A DNA stretch of 34,256 nucleotides from an uncultured Syntrophomonadaceae bacterium (GTDB taxonomy: Bacteria > Bacillota > Dethiobacteria > PWVN01): assembly GCA_964646795.1 (NCBI GenBank), contig CAZYHL010000002.1, positions 1-34,256 on the forward strand, read 5' to 3'. The notes under the pieces were generated by a model. The model made no database searches. It saw only the letters and a program-made list of their open reading frames with translations, and was not told the origin of the DNA. The translations under genes were made by a program, and so were the position numbers. Positions 9,069 to 17,485 of this stretch are shown here, piece by piece. The stretch's first letter is position 1. Each line of letters begins with the position of its first letter.

Positions 9069-9908
9069 ATGAATGTCACCCAACTCCTCTGGCTGTTTTT
9101 TTTGGTCACTGCTTTTCTTCTTCCTTCCCTCAGGCAGCAGAAAATAAGAACTTCCCGTTATAAAATCCTGGAAAACATCCAAAAGAAAAGGAGCAGCCGG
9201 GTCATAACCCTTATTCACCGTCAAGAGTCCGTCGGCTTCTTCGGCATTAACCTGTCACGCTACATAGACATTGAGGACTCTGAACACCTGCTGCGGGCTA
9301 TCCGCCTTACCCCCGACGAGATTCCCATCGACCTTGTCCTGCATACGCCGGGAGGACTGGTCCTCGCCTCCGAACAAATCGCCCGGGCCATCCAAAGCCA
9401 CCCGGCTAAAGTAACCGTTCATATCCCCCATTTTGCCATGTCGGGCGGAACTATGATAGCCCTGGCGGCGGATGAAATTATCATGGATGAAAATGCCGTT
9501 TTAGGGCCGGTGGATCCCCAGTTGGGCAAATACCCCGCCGTATCTATCTTAAAAGTCCTGGAAAAGAAAGACATAAACAAAATAGATGACGAAACCCTTA
9601 TTCTGGCAGACATGGCAGCAAAGGCCATGATCCAAGTTAAAGCTGTCCTCCGGGAACTCCTGGAGAAAAACCACCCTCCTGAGGAGGCCGAAAAAATAGC
9701 CTCGATTTTAAGCAGAGGGGAATGGACCCACGATTATCCCATCACTTGCCGCCAGTTGCAAGAAATGAACCTGAAGGTATCTCATAAAATGTTAAAAGAC
9801 GTATATGTTTTAATGGAACTCTACCCTCAACCTCCCCAGCGAAGGCCTTCCGTCCAGTATATCCCTTTCGAAAAAGAACATGACGCCAAACTGGGTAAAA
9901 AAACTTAG
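9069..9908 (+). CDS. SDH-family ClpP-fold serine proteinase (DUF114-like), N-terminally membrane anchored
   Basis: The track ORF starts at 8949, but the ATG at 9069 follows AAGGGAGG and opens with a TM helix (MNVTQLLWLFFLVTAFLL). It carries the family motifs LVLHTPGGLV and FAMSGGTMIALAADEI. Confidence 0.85.
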   Translation: MNVTQLLWLFFLVTAFLLPSLRQQKIRTSRYKILENIQKKRSSRVITLIHRQESVGFFGINLSRYIDIEDSEHLLRAIRLTPDEIPIDLVLHTPGGLVLASEQIARAIQSHPAKVTVHIPHFAMSGGTMIALAADEIIMDENAVLGPVDPQLGKYPAVSILKVLEKKDINKIDDETLILADMAAKAMIQVKAVLRELLEKNHPPEEAEKIASILSRGEWTHDYPITCRQLQEMNLKVSHKMLKDVYVLMELYPQPPQRRPSVQYIPFEKEHDAKLGKKT

Positions 9909-9937
9909 AGGTTTCAAAATACTTGAACACATATAAA

Positions 9938-9973
9938 GGAAAAGGGCGGCCTTTTAAAGGATCGCCCTTTTCC
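9938..9973. terminator. bidirectional hairpin between convergent genes
   Basis: An 11-bp perfect stem, GGAAAAGGGCG (9938-9948) with CGCCCTTTTCC (9963-9973), and a 14-nt loop. It lies between the protease stop and the NSS transporter stop. Confidence 0.55.
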
Positions 9974-9994
9974 CATCTTATTTCCGCCCCTTGT

Positions 9995-11359
9995 TCACTT
10001 GAAAGTATCATAAAGACCGAAAAACAAGACCAGAATAATGGCCGCAGGCACCGCATATTTTAACAGAAACCCGTACCACCGGCCAAGAATGATTTTTCCT
10101 TTGGGTTCGTTGGCATATGCTTGGGCTTCTCCGGCTTTCCAGACATACCCGGCAAAAATGGCTGTCAAAAACCCACCCAGAGGGAGAACAACCGAATTAG
10201 CCAGCCAGTCATAGGTATCTAAAAGGTCGGCCTGGCGGAAAGCGCCGACTCCTGACAAAAGATTATAGCCGAGGGAAGCGGGAATACCTACCAGAAAAAT
10301 AAGAAAGCCCATCAGCAGGGAGGCTTTGACCCGACTCCAACCCTTTTCGTCCACAAGCCAGGCAACCACCACTTCGAGAAGGGATATCGCGGAGGTGAGA
10401 GCGGCAATAGTCAAAAGCAGAAAGAATAAAACTCCAAAAAAAGAGCCGGCCGGCATTTCGGCAAAAACAGCGGGGAGAGTAACGAAGGTCAAGCCGGGCC
10501 CTTGCCCCGGTTCCAGTCCTAAAGCAAAAACAGCCGGGAAAACGGCGAAACCGGCAAGGAAAGCAACAATGGTATCCAGGCCGACCACCCACGCGGCATT
10601 GTCACCGATGTTCTCTCCCTTATTGAGGTAACTGCCGTAAGTAATCATGGCTCCCATCCCCAAACTGAGGGTAAAAAAACTCTGGGCCACGGCGGCCAGA
10701 AATGTCCGCCCCGTTATAGCGCTGAAATCTGGCTTCAAATAATAGGATACACCGGCCCCTGCCCCCGGAAGGGTAACAGACCTTAAGACGAGAATCAAGA
10801 GCAGAATAAAAAGCAAAGGCATAAGAATTTTTACCCAGCGCTGAATACCCTTTACCACGCCGGCAGCAATGATGGCCACTGTCAGCACCATAAATAAACC
10901 GTGCCAGAGAATAGGCGTGAGATAATCGGCGCCTTCACCCAAATCAACACCAATTGTACTGTAAAATAAGGCTTGCGTATCCGGCGCGAATCCGCCCAAG
11001 GCTTTAAAAATATAAGCAACAGCCCAGCCGGCTACTACCGAATAGAAAGAAAGGATTAAAAAACCGGCAAAAACCCCCAAAGCGCCTACAAACCACCAGG
11101 GTGTACCGGGGGCTAAGGCTAAGAAAGCGCCGATAGGGTTTTTTTGCGTTTTCCTGCCCAGGGATATTTCCGCTACCATTAAGGGGTAGCCGATCAGAAC
11201 AATAGCCAGTAAATATATGATCACAAAAGCAGCTCCGCCGTTTGTGCCTGTAACATAAGGAAACCGCCAGATGTTGCCCAGTCCGATAGCAGAACCCGCA
11301 GCGGCAAGGATAAAGCCAACCCGGGAACCCCATTGTTCACGCTTATTATCCATTTTCAT
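9995..11359 (-). CDS. sodium-dependent transporter, neurotransmitter:sodium symporter (NSS/SNF) family
   Basis: 454 aa with ~11-12 TM and the hallmark N-terminus WGSRVGFILAAAGSAIGLGNIWRFPY. The start may be the second ATG (11353), which has better spacing from AGGAGG. Confidence 0.92.
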   Translation of the reverse strand: MKMDNKREQWGSRVGFILAAAGSAIGLGNIWRFPYVTGTNGGAAFVIIYLLAIVLIGYPLMVAEISLGRKTQKNPIGAFLALAPGTPWWFVGALGVFAGFLILSFYSVVAGWAVAYIFKALGGFAPDTQALFYSTIGVDLGEGADYLTPILWHGLFMVLTVAIIAAGVVKGIQRWVKILMPLLFILLLILVLRSVTLPGAGAGVSYYLKPDFSAITGRTFLAAVAQSFFTLSLGMGAMITYGSYLNKGENIGDNAAWVVGLDTIVAFLAGFAVFPAVFALGLEPGQGPGLTFVTLPAVFAEMPAGSFFGVLFFLLLTIAALTSAISLLEVVVAWLVDEKGWSRVKASLLMGFLIFLVGIPASLGYNLLSGVGAFRQADLLDTYDWLANSVVLPLGGFLTAIFAGYVWKAGEAQAYANEPKGKIILGRWYGFLLKYAVPAAIILVLFFGLYDTFK

Positions 11360-11500
11360 CCTCCTAAGCGCCTTCAGGCTTGTTATTATAAAAATAACTT
11401 TAAAACTAATTATTGCTACGAAATACTTTTTCCACCTGGCATAAATAATATACCGGAAGAAAAAATATAAATGGTTCCTTAATTAAAAGGGGGGATTATT

Positions 11501-12190
11501 CTGTTTAAACATGAAAAACCAACCCTGTATGAGGTAAAAGTAGACAACCCCAACCCAAACTATGCGACCATGCTGATGGAACAGCTCGGCGGCGCAAACG
11601 GGGAACTAAAAGCCGGGATGCAATATATTTCCCAGAGCTTCCGGATCAAGGATCAGGAAATCAAAGACCTTTTTCTTGATATTGGAGCAGAAGAACTCAG
11701 TCACATGGAAATGGTCGCTACTATGATTAACATGCTTAACGGTCATGACCTGCAAGCCGGGAATACCACCGCCGGCAATATTGAAGCGCATGTGTTAGGC
11801 GGTCTTGCTCCTATGTTGATGAATGCCTCCGGTTTCCCTTGGACAGCGGCTTATGTAAACGTTACCGGTGACCTGCCGGCCGATCTTCTGTCCAATATAG
11901 CAGCGGAACAAAGGGCAAAAGTTGTTTATGAATACCTCTACCGTCAAATTAATGATAATGGGGTAAAAGAAACTATCGACTTCCTTCTCAACAGGGAAGA
12001 AGCCCATAATGCTTTATTCAGGGAAGCCTTAAATAAAGTTAAGGACGAGGGCTCAAACAGGGACTTTGGTGTTGATGAAAAAGCCAGACTCTACTTTGAC
12101 TTGTCTACGCCGGGGAAATATTTCGAAAATCCTTTTCCTACACCTCCGTCCTTTCAAAATCCCCGTCAGAGCCAGCCTCCCCCCCAGTAA
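11501..12190 (+). CDS. manganese catalase family protein (CotJC-like spore coat protein)
   Basis: The track ORF (ATG 11570) begins at ...MLMEQLGGANGELKAGMQYISQSF and contains the di-metal ligand segment EELSHMEMV. The frame is open from 11483. The upstream in-frame codons encode LFKHEKPTLYEVKVDNPNPNYAT, which matches the conserved family N-terminus. An SD AAAAGGGGGG (11485-11494) sits 6 nt before CTG 11501. Confidence 0.8.
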   Translation: MFKHEKPTLYEVKVDNPNPNYATMLMEQLGGANGELKAGMQYISQSFRIKDQEIKDLFLDIGAEELSHMEMVATMINMLNGHDLQAGNTTAGNIEAHVLGGLAPMLMNASGFPWTAAYVNVTGDLPADLLSNIAAEQRAKVVYEYLYRQINDNGVKETIDFLLNREEAHNALFREALNKVKDEGSNRDFGVDEKARLYFDLSTPGKYFENPFPTPPSFQNPRQSQPPPQ

Positions 12191-12224
12191 GCCAATAAAT
12201 TACAGGGCATTGACGGACATTATG

Positions 12225-12280
12225 AATCGCGCCTCAAAGGTAAGGCTTAAGCCCAACCTTTTGAGGCGCGATTTGTTTTC
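12225..12280 (+). terminator. rho-independent terminator after the Mn-catalase gene
   Basis: AATCGCGCCTCAAAGG (12225-12240) pairs with CCTTTTGAGGCGCGATT (12257-12273) with one bulge, followed by TGTTTTC. Confidence 0.7.
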
Positions 12281-12298
12281 ATCCATCAACATTCTTTT

Positions 12299-12619
12299 TT
12301 ACAAGAAAGCCTTTAATAATAAAATGGAAACCATGCCTGTTAAAACAGTAAAAATCATGTTCCGCGTTCTCAGTGCGGCGGCAAAAGTAGGCAAGGCCGC
12401 TAAAAGATAATTGTTTTGAAGGCTAACGTCAATGCTGCCCTCAGACAAAAGAAGGCCGGGGAACAAAAGAGCAGCTAAAACGGCAGCAGGCACATAACTT
12501 AGCCAGACAACCAGCCGGCGGGGTATATTTGTCTTCGCAAGGATATATAACGGCAAAAACCTAGGCAGGTAAGTTACCAGGGCCATCCCCAGGAAGAGCA
12601 GCAGGTATTCCTTGATCAT
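12299..12619 (-). CDS. azlD: AzlD family branched-chain amino acid transport protein
   Basis: 106 aa with 3-4 TM and an N-terminus LLFLGMALVTYLPRFLPL typical of AzlD. It lies directly downstream of azlC. Confidence 0.85.
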   Translation of the reverse strand: MIKEYLLLFLGMALVTYLPRFLPLYILAKTNIPRRLVVWLSYVPAAVLAALLFPGLLLSEGSIDVSLQNNYLLAALPTFAAALRTRNMIFTVLTGMVSILLLKAFL

Positions 12620-13313
12620 TATCTGTCACCAACCCTATTGTCGCACCTATAATCGTCGCTGTAATGATATACCACTGACCGGGTAAAAACTTGCAGCATA
12701 CCAAAGCCGCTAAACCAGTAAAGAGGGATACGGCAGCCATTCTCCAGGAATTGAGCTGCAGCACCAAGAGGAAGATAAACATAGCATAGAGCACATATTC
12801 CAGGCCCATGGCAGTAAACCCCGCCAGGAATCCCCCCAGCAGGCCTCCAAGCAGGCTTCCCGCAACCCAGGCAGCATAGGACGACATGTTTAAGGCAAAA
12901 ATAAACCTTTCATCCTTCGGCTCTTTGTGCAAAACAGTACTGACTACGGCAAAAGTCTCATCCGTTAACCCGAAAGCAAGGAAAGGAAGCCATCTGCCGT
13001 TAAATTTCCGGTAATAAGGGGCCAGGGAAGCACTCATGAGCAAATGTCTCAGGTTAACAAGAAAAGTAGTAATAATAATGGGCAGGAAAGCTGTTCCCGC
13101 CCCCAGCATGGCCACACAAATAAATTGAGCGGAACCGGCAAAGACTATAAGAGACATTAGGCCGGTTAACAGGGGGGAAAGGCCTGCCTGCCTGGCTAAG
13201 AGGCCGTAAGCAAACCCTACAGGCAAATAGCCTAAAATAACAGGCAGGGCTTCCCGACAGCCCGAAGTAATACTTTTATTCAAAGTCCAACCTCCCAAAT
13301 AATCAGGAAACAC
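12561..13313 (-). CDS. azlC: AzlC family branched-chain amino acid permease component
   Basis: 250 aa with REALPVILGYLPVGFAYGLLA...IVFAGSAQF, typical of AzlC. The start is ambiguous: GTG 13313 (GGGAG 10 nt upstream) or TTG 13283 (GGGAGG 6 nt upstream). Confidence 0.85.
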   Translation of the reverse strand: MFPDYLGGWTLNKSITSGCREALPVILGYLPVGFAYGLLARQAGLSPLLTGLMSLIVFAGSAQFICVAMLGAGTAFLPIIITTFLVNLRHLLMSASLAPYYRKFNGRWLPFLAFGLTDETFAVVSTVLHKEPKDERFIFALNMSSYAAWVAGSLLGGLLGGFLAGFTAMGLEYVLYAMFIFLLVLQLNSWRMAAVSLFTGLAALVCCKFLPGQWYIITATIIGATIGLVTDNDQGIPAALPGDGPGNLPA

Positions 13314-13369
13314 GTGTTTAATTCTCCCAACACAACGCTAATCCTCCTTCCCTCCCTGAAAAAGGGCGC

Positions 13370-13392
13370 AAAAAAACCAGGCTTAGGCCCGG
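13370..13392 (-). terminator. putative intrinsic terminator downstream of the HemN-family gene
   Basis: The minus-strand RNA reads CCGGGC-CUAA-GCCUGG (one G-U pair) followed by U7. Confidence 0.4.
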
Positions 13393-13485
13393 TTTAAATA
13401 AAAGGAGGAGGAGAAACTATAATAGCCAAGCTCAAGGCTTATGCTATAAAAAGTATGGTTCCCATCCATTGCTAAAATATACATT

Positions 13486-14766
13486 TTACAGGCGGAAACT
13501 GTCCCGCCAGGGGCTGCTCATCCCCGCCGCCCACATATCGTTTAAGTACGTCTTTGAATAGTGCTTTTCAATTAGATGATAGAGATAAGCACCCCGGGAG
13601 GTTAATTTTAAGGTTTTTCCTTCTTCCTTAACCAGGGAAAACAGCCGCATGGCTTTGAAAAGCAAAGGAAATTCCTCCTGCAGCTGTGCTTTGAACAATT
13701 GTTGAAATTCCGCAGTATCAATAGAGGTTTCATAACACCGCCAGAAAAGCCAGAAAACCATTCTATCCTTTTCCGTCATTTCATTAACCAGGTTTATCGG
13801 CAGCCTGCCCCGGTTGGCCGCTGCAATATAAGCATCGACGTTAAAGGTATTCACATAAAAATAATTACCGAACTGAGAAGTGGCTCCGGCCCCAACGCCG
13901 ATAAAGCTCTGCCTGGTGACGGAAGTATACTTTTTGGCTCCCGGCTTGGCATAAGTCCAAATGGAGGTTTTTTGATAACCGTATTGCGCGGCGGTCTGCT
14001 CAATCTGCCTCAGAATTTTATACTCCTTAAGCTCATTAAGGCGGTGCAGCTTTTCCCGTTTCATTTTTTTTGCCATTTTGGTCAGCGGGAAAATAATCAG
14101 GGGATATGCAGACAGCTGGTCCGCACCATAACTGAAGCAAGTGGCGATATCTTTTACGATATCGCCATCTGTTTGGTTGGGAAGATTAAACATGATATCG
14201 ACATCCACACAGTCGAAGCCAGCCGCCATTAACCTTTCCAGGGCGGCCCTGGCCTCGCAGCCGCTATAGTTCCTTCCCAGTAAGCGAAGTTTTTCGTCAC
14301 TGAAGGTCTGGACTCCCAGGCTGACCATGTTAATGCCTGCTGCTTTCATTCTTGCGAGGTGGTCCCCTGTCGCCTCCCGGGGATGAAGCTCCATGCCAAC
14401 ATCGGCGGCTGCAATGCCGCCTGCCGCCGCCAAAAAGCGCAGCAGCTCGGTGATTTCCGCCAGCAGCAGCGAGGGAGTACCGCCCCCTATATATATGGAA
14501 CTAACGGCTTTCCCGGCAAGATAGTTCTTAAGCAGCGCTATTTCTTTAAACAAAGCTTCTTTATAGGCCTGCGCCTTATCATAATCATAAATAATCTTAT
14601 TGTAAGGACAGAACGGACACAGAGCTTTACAAAAGGGGATATGGATATACAAGCCGATACCCTCGGGGACAGAAGCGAAATCGATATTACTATCGTAGCT
14701 TTGAAACAAATACGGCTCTTTTTTGCCGGCTACGAGCCGCCGCATTGCCCGCGTTAACAACAGCAC
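13486..14766 (-). CDS. HemN/HemW-family radical SAM protein (coproporphyrinogen III oxidase-like)
   Basis: 426 aa with GLYIHIPFCKALCPFCPYN (CxxxCxxC preceded by HIPFC), then IYIGGGTPS and a HemN-type C-terminal domain. The start may be TTG 14760 or ATG 14745 rather than GTG 14766. Confidence 0.85.
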   Translation of the reverse strand: MLLLTRAMRRLVAGKKEPYLFQSYDSNIDFASVPEGIGLYIHIPFCKALCPFCPYNKIIYDYDKAQAYKEALFKEIALLKNYLAGKAVSSIYIGGGTPSLLLAEITELLRFLAAAGGIAAADVGMELHPREATGDHLARMKAAGINMVSLGVQTFSDEKLRLLGRNYSGCEARAALERLMAAGFDCVDVDIMFNLPNQTDGDIVKDIATCFSYGADQLSAYPLIIFPLTKMAKKMKREKLHRLNELKEYKILRQIEQTAAQYGYQKTSIWTYAKPGAKKYTSVTRQSFIGVGAGATSQFGNYFYVNTFNVDAYIAAANRGRLPINLVNEMTEKDRMVFWLFWRCYETSIDTAEFQQLFKAQLQEEFPLLFKAMRLFSLVKEEGKTLKLTSRGAYLYHLIEKHYSKTYLNDMWAAGMSSPWRDSFRL

Positions 14767-14788
14767 TCCTCCTCCCGCTAAAGACAGC

Positions 14789-14817
14789 TTTACTTTAATT
14801 GGTAGTTATGCCATAAT
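14789..14817 (+). promoter_or_regulatory. putative sigma-A promoter of the ABC-2 exporter operon
   Basis: TTTACT (14789-14794), a 17-nt spacer, then CATAAT (14812-14817), with a TGC extended -10 element directly upstream of the -10. It lies about 45 nt before ATG 14862. Confidence 0.4.
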
Positions 14818-14861
14818 AGCTATGCATACAGTTATATACCGCTTAATTTCTATAAGTAAGG

Positions 14862-15797
14862 ATGAAAGTTATGGTAAATGTTTTAACCCTGACGGAAGTA
14901 TCTAAAGCTTATAAAAAGAAAAAAGTGGTGGACAGGGTAAATTTGAACGTTTCCAAGGGAGATATTATCGGTTTTCTAGGCCCAAACGGGGCGGGGAAAA
15001 CAACAATCATCCGCATGATCTTAGGCCTGGTACATCCGGATCAGGGCAGAATCACTATTGATAATTATGACATAAATAAAGATTTCCGTAAAGCAATCTC
15101 TAAAGTTGGCGGCATTGTGGAAATGCCGAATTTCTACCTGCAGTTGTCAGGATACCAAAATTTAAAACTAATTGCCAATATGCACCCCCAGGTTAATCAT
15201 AAGAGGATCGAAGCAGTGCTGGACGTGGTTGGCCTGACAAGCAACGCCAATAATAAGGTCGGAACTTACTCCCTGGGAATGAGACAGCGCCTCGGGATAG
15301 CCAGAGCCTTAATAAACCGCCCTCAAATAGTCTTCCTCGACGAACCTATGAATGGACTTGATCCCAAAGGGATGCAGGATATCAAAACAATAATCCGGCA
15401 GTTGAACCAGTCTGACGGGATTACCTTTTTCATCACCAGTCATTTACTGCACGAGATTGAGCAGCTGTGCAACAAAGTCTCCATCCTGGTAAAAGGGAAA
15501 GTGGTCGCCGAGGGTCCCGTGAAGGAGCTTCTCAGCAATGAGCTGGAATTCATTGAAGTGCATACAACCAGCCTGGGGACTTTAGAAATACTGAAACAAA
15601 TAGATTTTGTCAAGTCGTTCAAAACCCTAAGGGGGAAGTTCCTGGTGGAAATCAAAAAAGGCTATGCGGGAGAATTAAACCGCCGCTTGCTTGAAGCAGG
15701 TATCAGCGTAAATTATTTAATTCCGCAGAACCCTTCCCTGGAAGAATATTTTATGGCATTAACCAAAGGAGGAAATTCCCTTGGTCAACCTGATTAA
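14862..15797 (+). CDS. ABC transporter ATP-binding protein (ABC-2/bacitracin-type exporter family)
   Basis: 311 aa with Walker A GPNGAGKTT, signature YSLGMRQR and Walker B IVFLDEP. Confidence 0.9.
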   Translation: MKVMVNVLTLTEVSKAYKKKKVVDRVNLNVSKGDIIGFLGPNGAGKTTIIRMILGLVHPDQGRITIDNYDINKDFRKAISKVGGIVEMPNFYLQLSGYQNLKLIANMHPQVNHKRIEAVLDVVGLTSNANNKVGTYSLGMRQRLGIARALINRPQIVFLDEPMNGLDPKGMQDIKTIIRQLNQSDGITFFITSHLLHEIEQLCNKVSILVKGKVVAEGPVKELLSNELEFIEVHTTSLGTLEILKQIDFVKSFKTLRGKFLVEIKKGYAGELNRRLLEAGISVNYLIPQNPSLEEYFMALTKGGNSLGQPD

Positions 15798-16548
15798 AAA
15801 CGAACTGCTGAAAATCTACTGGCATAAAAAATTAACTTATTTTTTACTTTTTATTTGCCTGATGCAATTCCTGCCCCTGTTATTTGCCTTTATCTCTTCC
15901 ATGAAAATCCACGACGGCCAGACTTACCCCCTTTTTTTTGTTGGCATTATCACGTCTTTTTTACTGCCCGTCTTTATCACGGTTCTGGTTTCCGAAATGA
16001 TTACAGACGAATACGTAAAGGGCAACTTTGCCGTCACCCTAATCCACCCGGTATCCAGAACCAAGCTGCTTACGGCCAAGGCAGCCGCCCTCTTTCTGGT
16101 GATCAACATTGTCCTCGCCGTCTCCCTTATTACCGGCTACGGCATCGGCACTCTCCTTTTCGGGTGGGGCAAGGAATTTGTAGATCACGGCGTTGTCTAC
16201 ACAACCCGTGAGGGAATCTTCATGACATTAGGGTACTATTTCTATGCTTCCCTTCCCTTAATCTCTTTCAGTTTTCCTGTTATCTTGTTGGCCTTGATTT
16301 TCCAAAACAGCGGCCTTGTTGTCGGGATCACCCTGGGGGCAACCTTTGCCGCCATTATACTGGGCTTGCTGGTGACGGAAATACAACCATATTTAATTAA
16401 CACCTATTTTACTGGCTTGCCGCAGTTATTGCTGTCAGAAGCCGGCTTAAACGATATCCTCCGGCCTGTTACCGTTATTTTTTTATACGCCTTCATCCCT
16501 TACCTAATCAGCCTCTGCCTGTTAAACAGGAGGGATATCCTGCATTAA
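15781..16548 (+). CDS. ABC-2 family transporter permease
   Basis: 255 aa with ~6 TM and the start motif NLIKNELLKIYWHKK common to ABC-2 permeases. Its TTG start overlaps the ATPase stop by 17 nt. Confidence 0.8.
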   Translation: MVNLIKNELLKIYWHKKLTYFLLFICLMQFLPLLFAFISSMKIHDGQTYPLFFVGIITSFLLPVFITVLVSEMITDEYVKGNFAVTLIHPVSRTKLLTAKAAALFLVINIVLAVSLITGYGIGTLLFGWGKEFVDHGVVYTTREGIFMTLGYYFYASLPLISFSFPVILLALIFQNSGLVVGITLGATFAAIILGLLVTEIQPYLINTYFTGLPQLLLSEAGLNDILRPVTVIFLYAFIPYLISLCLLNRRDILH

Positions 16549-16571
16549 AGGAGGCAGTCTGCATTAAATGC

Positions 16572-16600
16572 GAAAAAGACGGCTTCCCGTCTTTTCTATA
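16572..16600. terminator. bidirectional rho-independent terminator between convergent genes
   Basis: AAAAGACGG (16574-16582), loop CTTC, CCGTCTTTT (16587-16595). T-runs follow on the plus strand and A-runs precede, so the minus-strand transcript also ends in a U-tract. Confidence 0.7.
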
Positions 16601-16671
16601 TTTCCATGGCGCAAACCTATAAGGTTGCGGAAAAAGATACCATTAAGCGGACAAAGGCTGCGTTTGATTCA

Positions 16672-17271
16672 TCATCTATTACCCGCCGCAATCCCTTTGC
16701 CCGGCTTCCTGTTTGCACTTAAAACAAAGCTCCTTGGACCGATGCGGTAAATAATATACTCAGAAGAACTATCACTCAAAATTATTTTTCCCTTTTGCAG
16801 GGTATCGATATAGGGTTTTTTAAAGCGTATGGACCTAACGGCGGCGGTTAGTTCCGACCAACTCAATTCATGCAATGGATCGGGAGCCGTTGCGGCGGAA
16901 TAGTCGTAAGCCTGTGCCGTTAAAATATTTTCATCTATCCTTAAAGTCAGCAAAGACACTTCGAAGTCTATCGTGCCCAGGCCTTCGCAGCCCGGGCAAA
17001 AAAGTTTTCCCGTGCCGTCGCACCTGGCACATCCGTACATATGGCCGGTTCCTTTGCATACCGGACAGGGATTACTAATTACTTTTTTTCCCAGACAGTC
17101 TCTGCAAGTAAAAATACCGAAGCGGCGGCCCGTGCCGCCGCAGGCCGGACAAGTCGTAAGGGAGTAACCTTGCCCCTTGCAAACCATGCATTTGCAGCCG
17201 CACTCATTGGGGCCATACTCGGCGCTTCTAAACCCGAGCCCCTTGCAGTGAAAACATGTGTAATCGGTCAA
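16672..17271 (-). CDS. cysteine-rich protein with seven DnaJ-type CxxCxGxG-like zinc-finger units plus an uncharacterised C-terminal domain
   Basis: 199 aa, TTG start 9 nt after GGGGAGGAG. Residues 1-100 contain 16 Cys in CFHCKGLG, C.C, CMVCKGQG, CPACGGTG, CRDCLGKK, CPVCKGTG, CARCDGTG and CPGCEGLG. Residues 101-199 have no Cys and no motif I recognise. Confidence 0.75.
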   Translation of the reverse strand: MTDYTCFHCKGLGFRSAEYGPNECGCKCMVCKGQGYSLTTCPACGGTGRRFGIFTCRDCLGKKVISNPCPVCKGTGHMYGCARCDGTGKLFCPGCEGLGTIDFEVSLLTLRIDENILTAQAYDYSAATAPDPLHELSWSELTAAVRSIRFKKPYIDTLQKGKIILSDSSSEYIIYRIGPRSFVLSANRKPGKGIAAGNR

Positions 17272-17350
17272 TCACTTTATCTCCTCCCCGGATATTCGGC
17301 ACAGCTGCCCGGCCTCGCTTTAAAGTATTTCTATTAGATTATTATGATAG

Positions 17351-17382
17351 ATTAATTCTATACCATTAATTAATTCTATACC
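17351..17382. repeat. two perfect 14-nt direct repeats (ATTAATTCTATACC), 18-nt period
   Basis: Read directly: copies at 17351-17364 and 17369-17382, lying 80-110 nt upstream of the Cys-rich gene start in an AT-rich intergenic region. Confidence 0.9.
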
Positions 17383-17485
17383 GGCTTCGTTATATCCTTC
17401 CAGTTAATTACTATAATTACATTATTATTAGATTTTTAGTAAATTTTTTTACACCGTTCCCCCATCTGGAAATACACCTTTCAAT

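Noticed and set aside
12561-12619. 59-nt overlap between azlC and azlD as a sign of frameshift or fusion
   Set aside because: Both frames are intact and family-typical. The overlap most likely reflects a poorly conserved azlC tail or a later azlD start (for example the internal ATG at 12586).
13283-13350. Strong SD-like run GGGAGGGAAGGAGGA with a possible 17-codon leader ORF (GTG ... TGA overlapping the azlC TTG 13283)
   Set aside because: It is too short, and I could not tell it apart from simple start-site ambiguity of azlC (GTG 13313 versus TTG 13283). There is no attenuator-like structure.
13393-13470. 28-codon ORF (MDGNHTFYSISLELGYYSFSSSFYLNRA) downstream of the HemN-like gene as a candidate precursor peptide
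   Set aside because: It has no SD, and nothing I can assess here supports it as a real gene.
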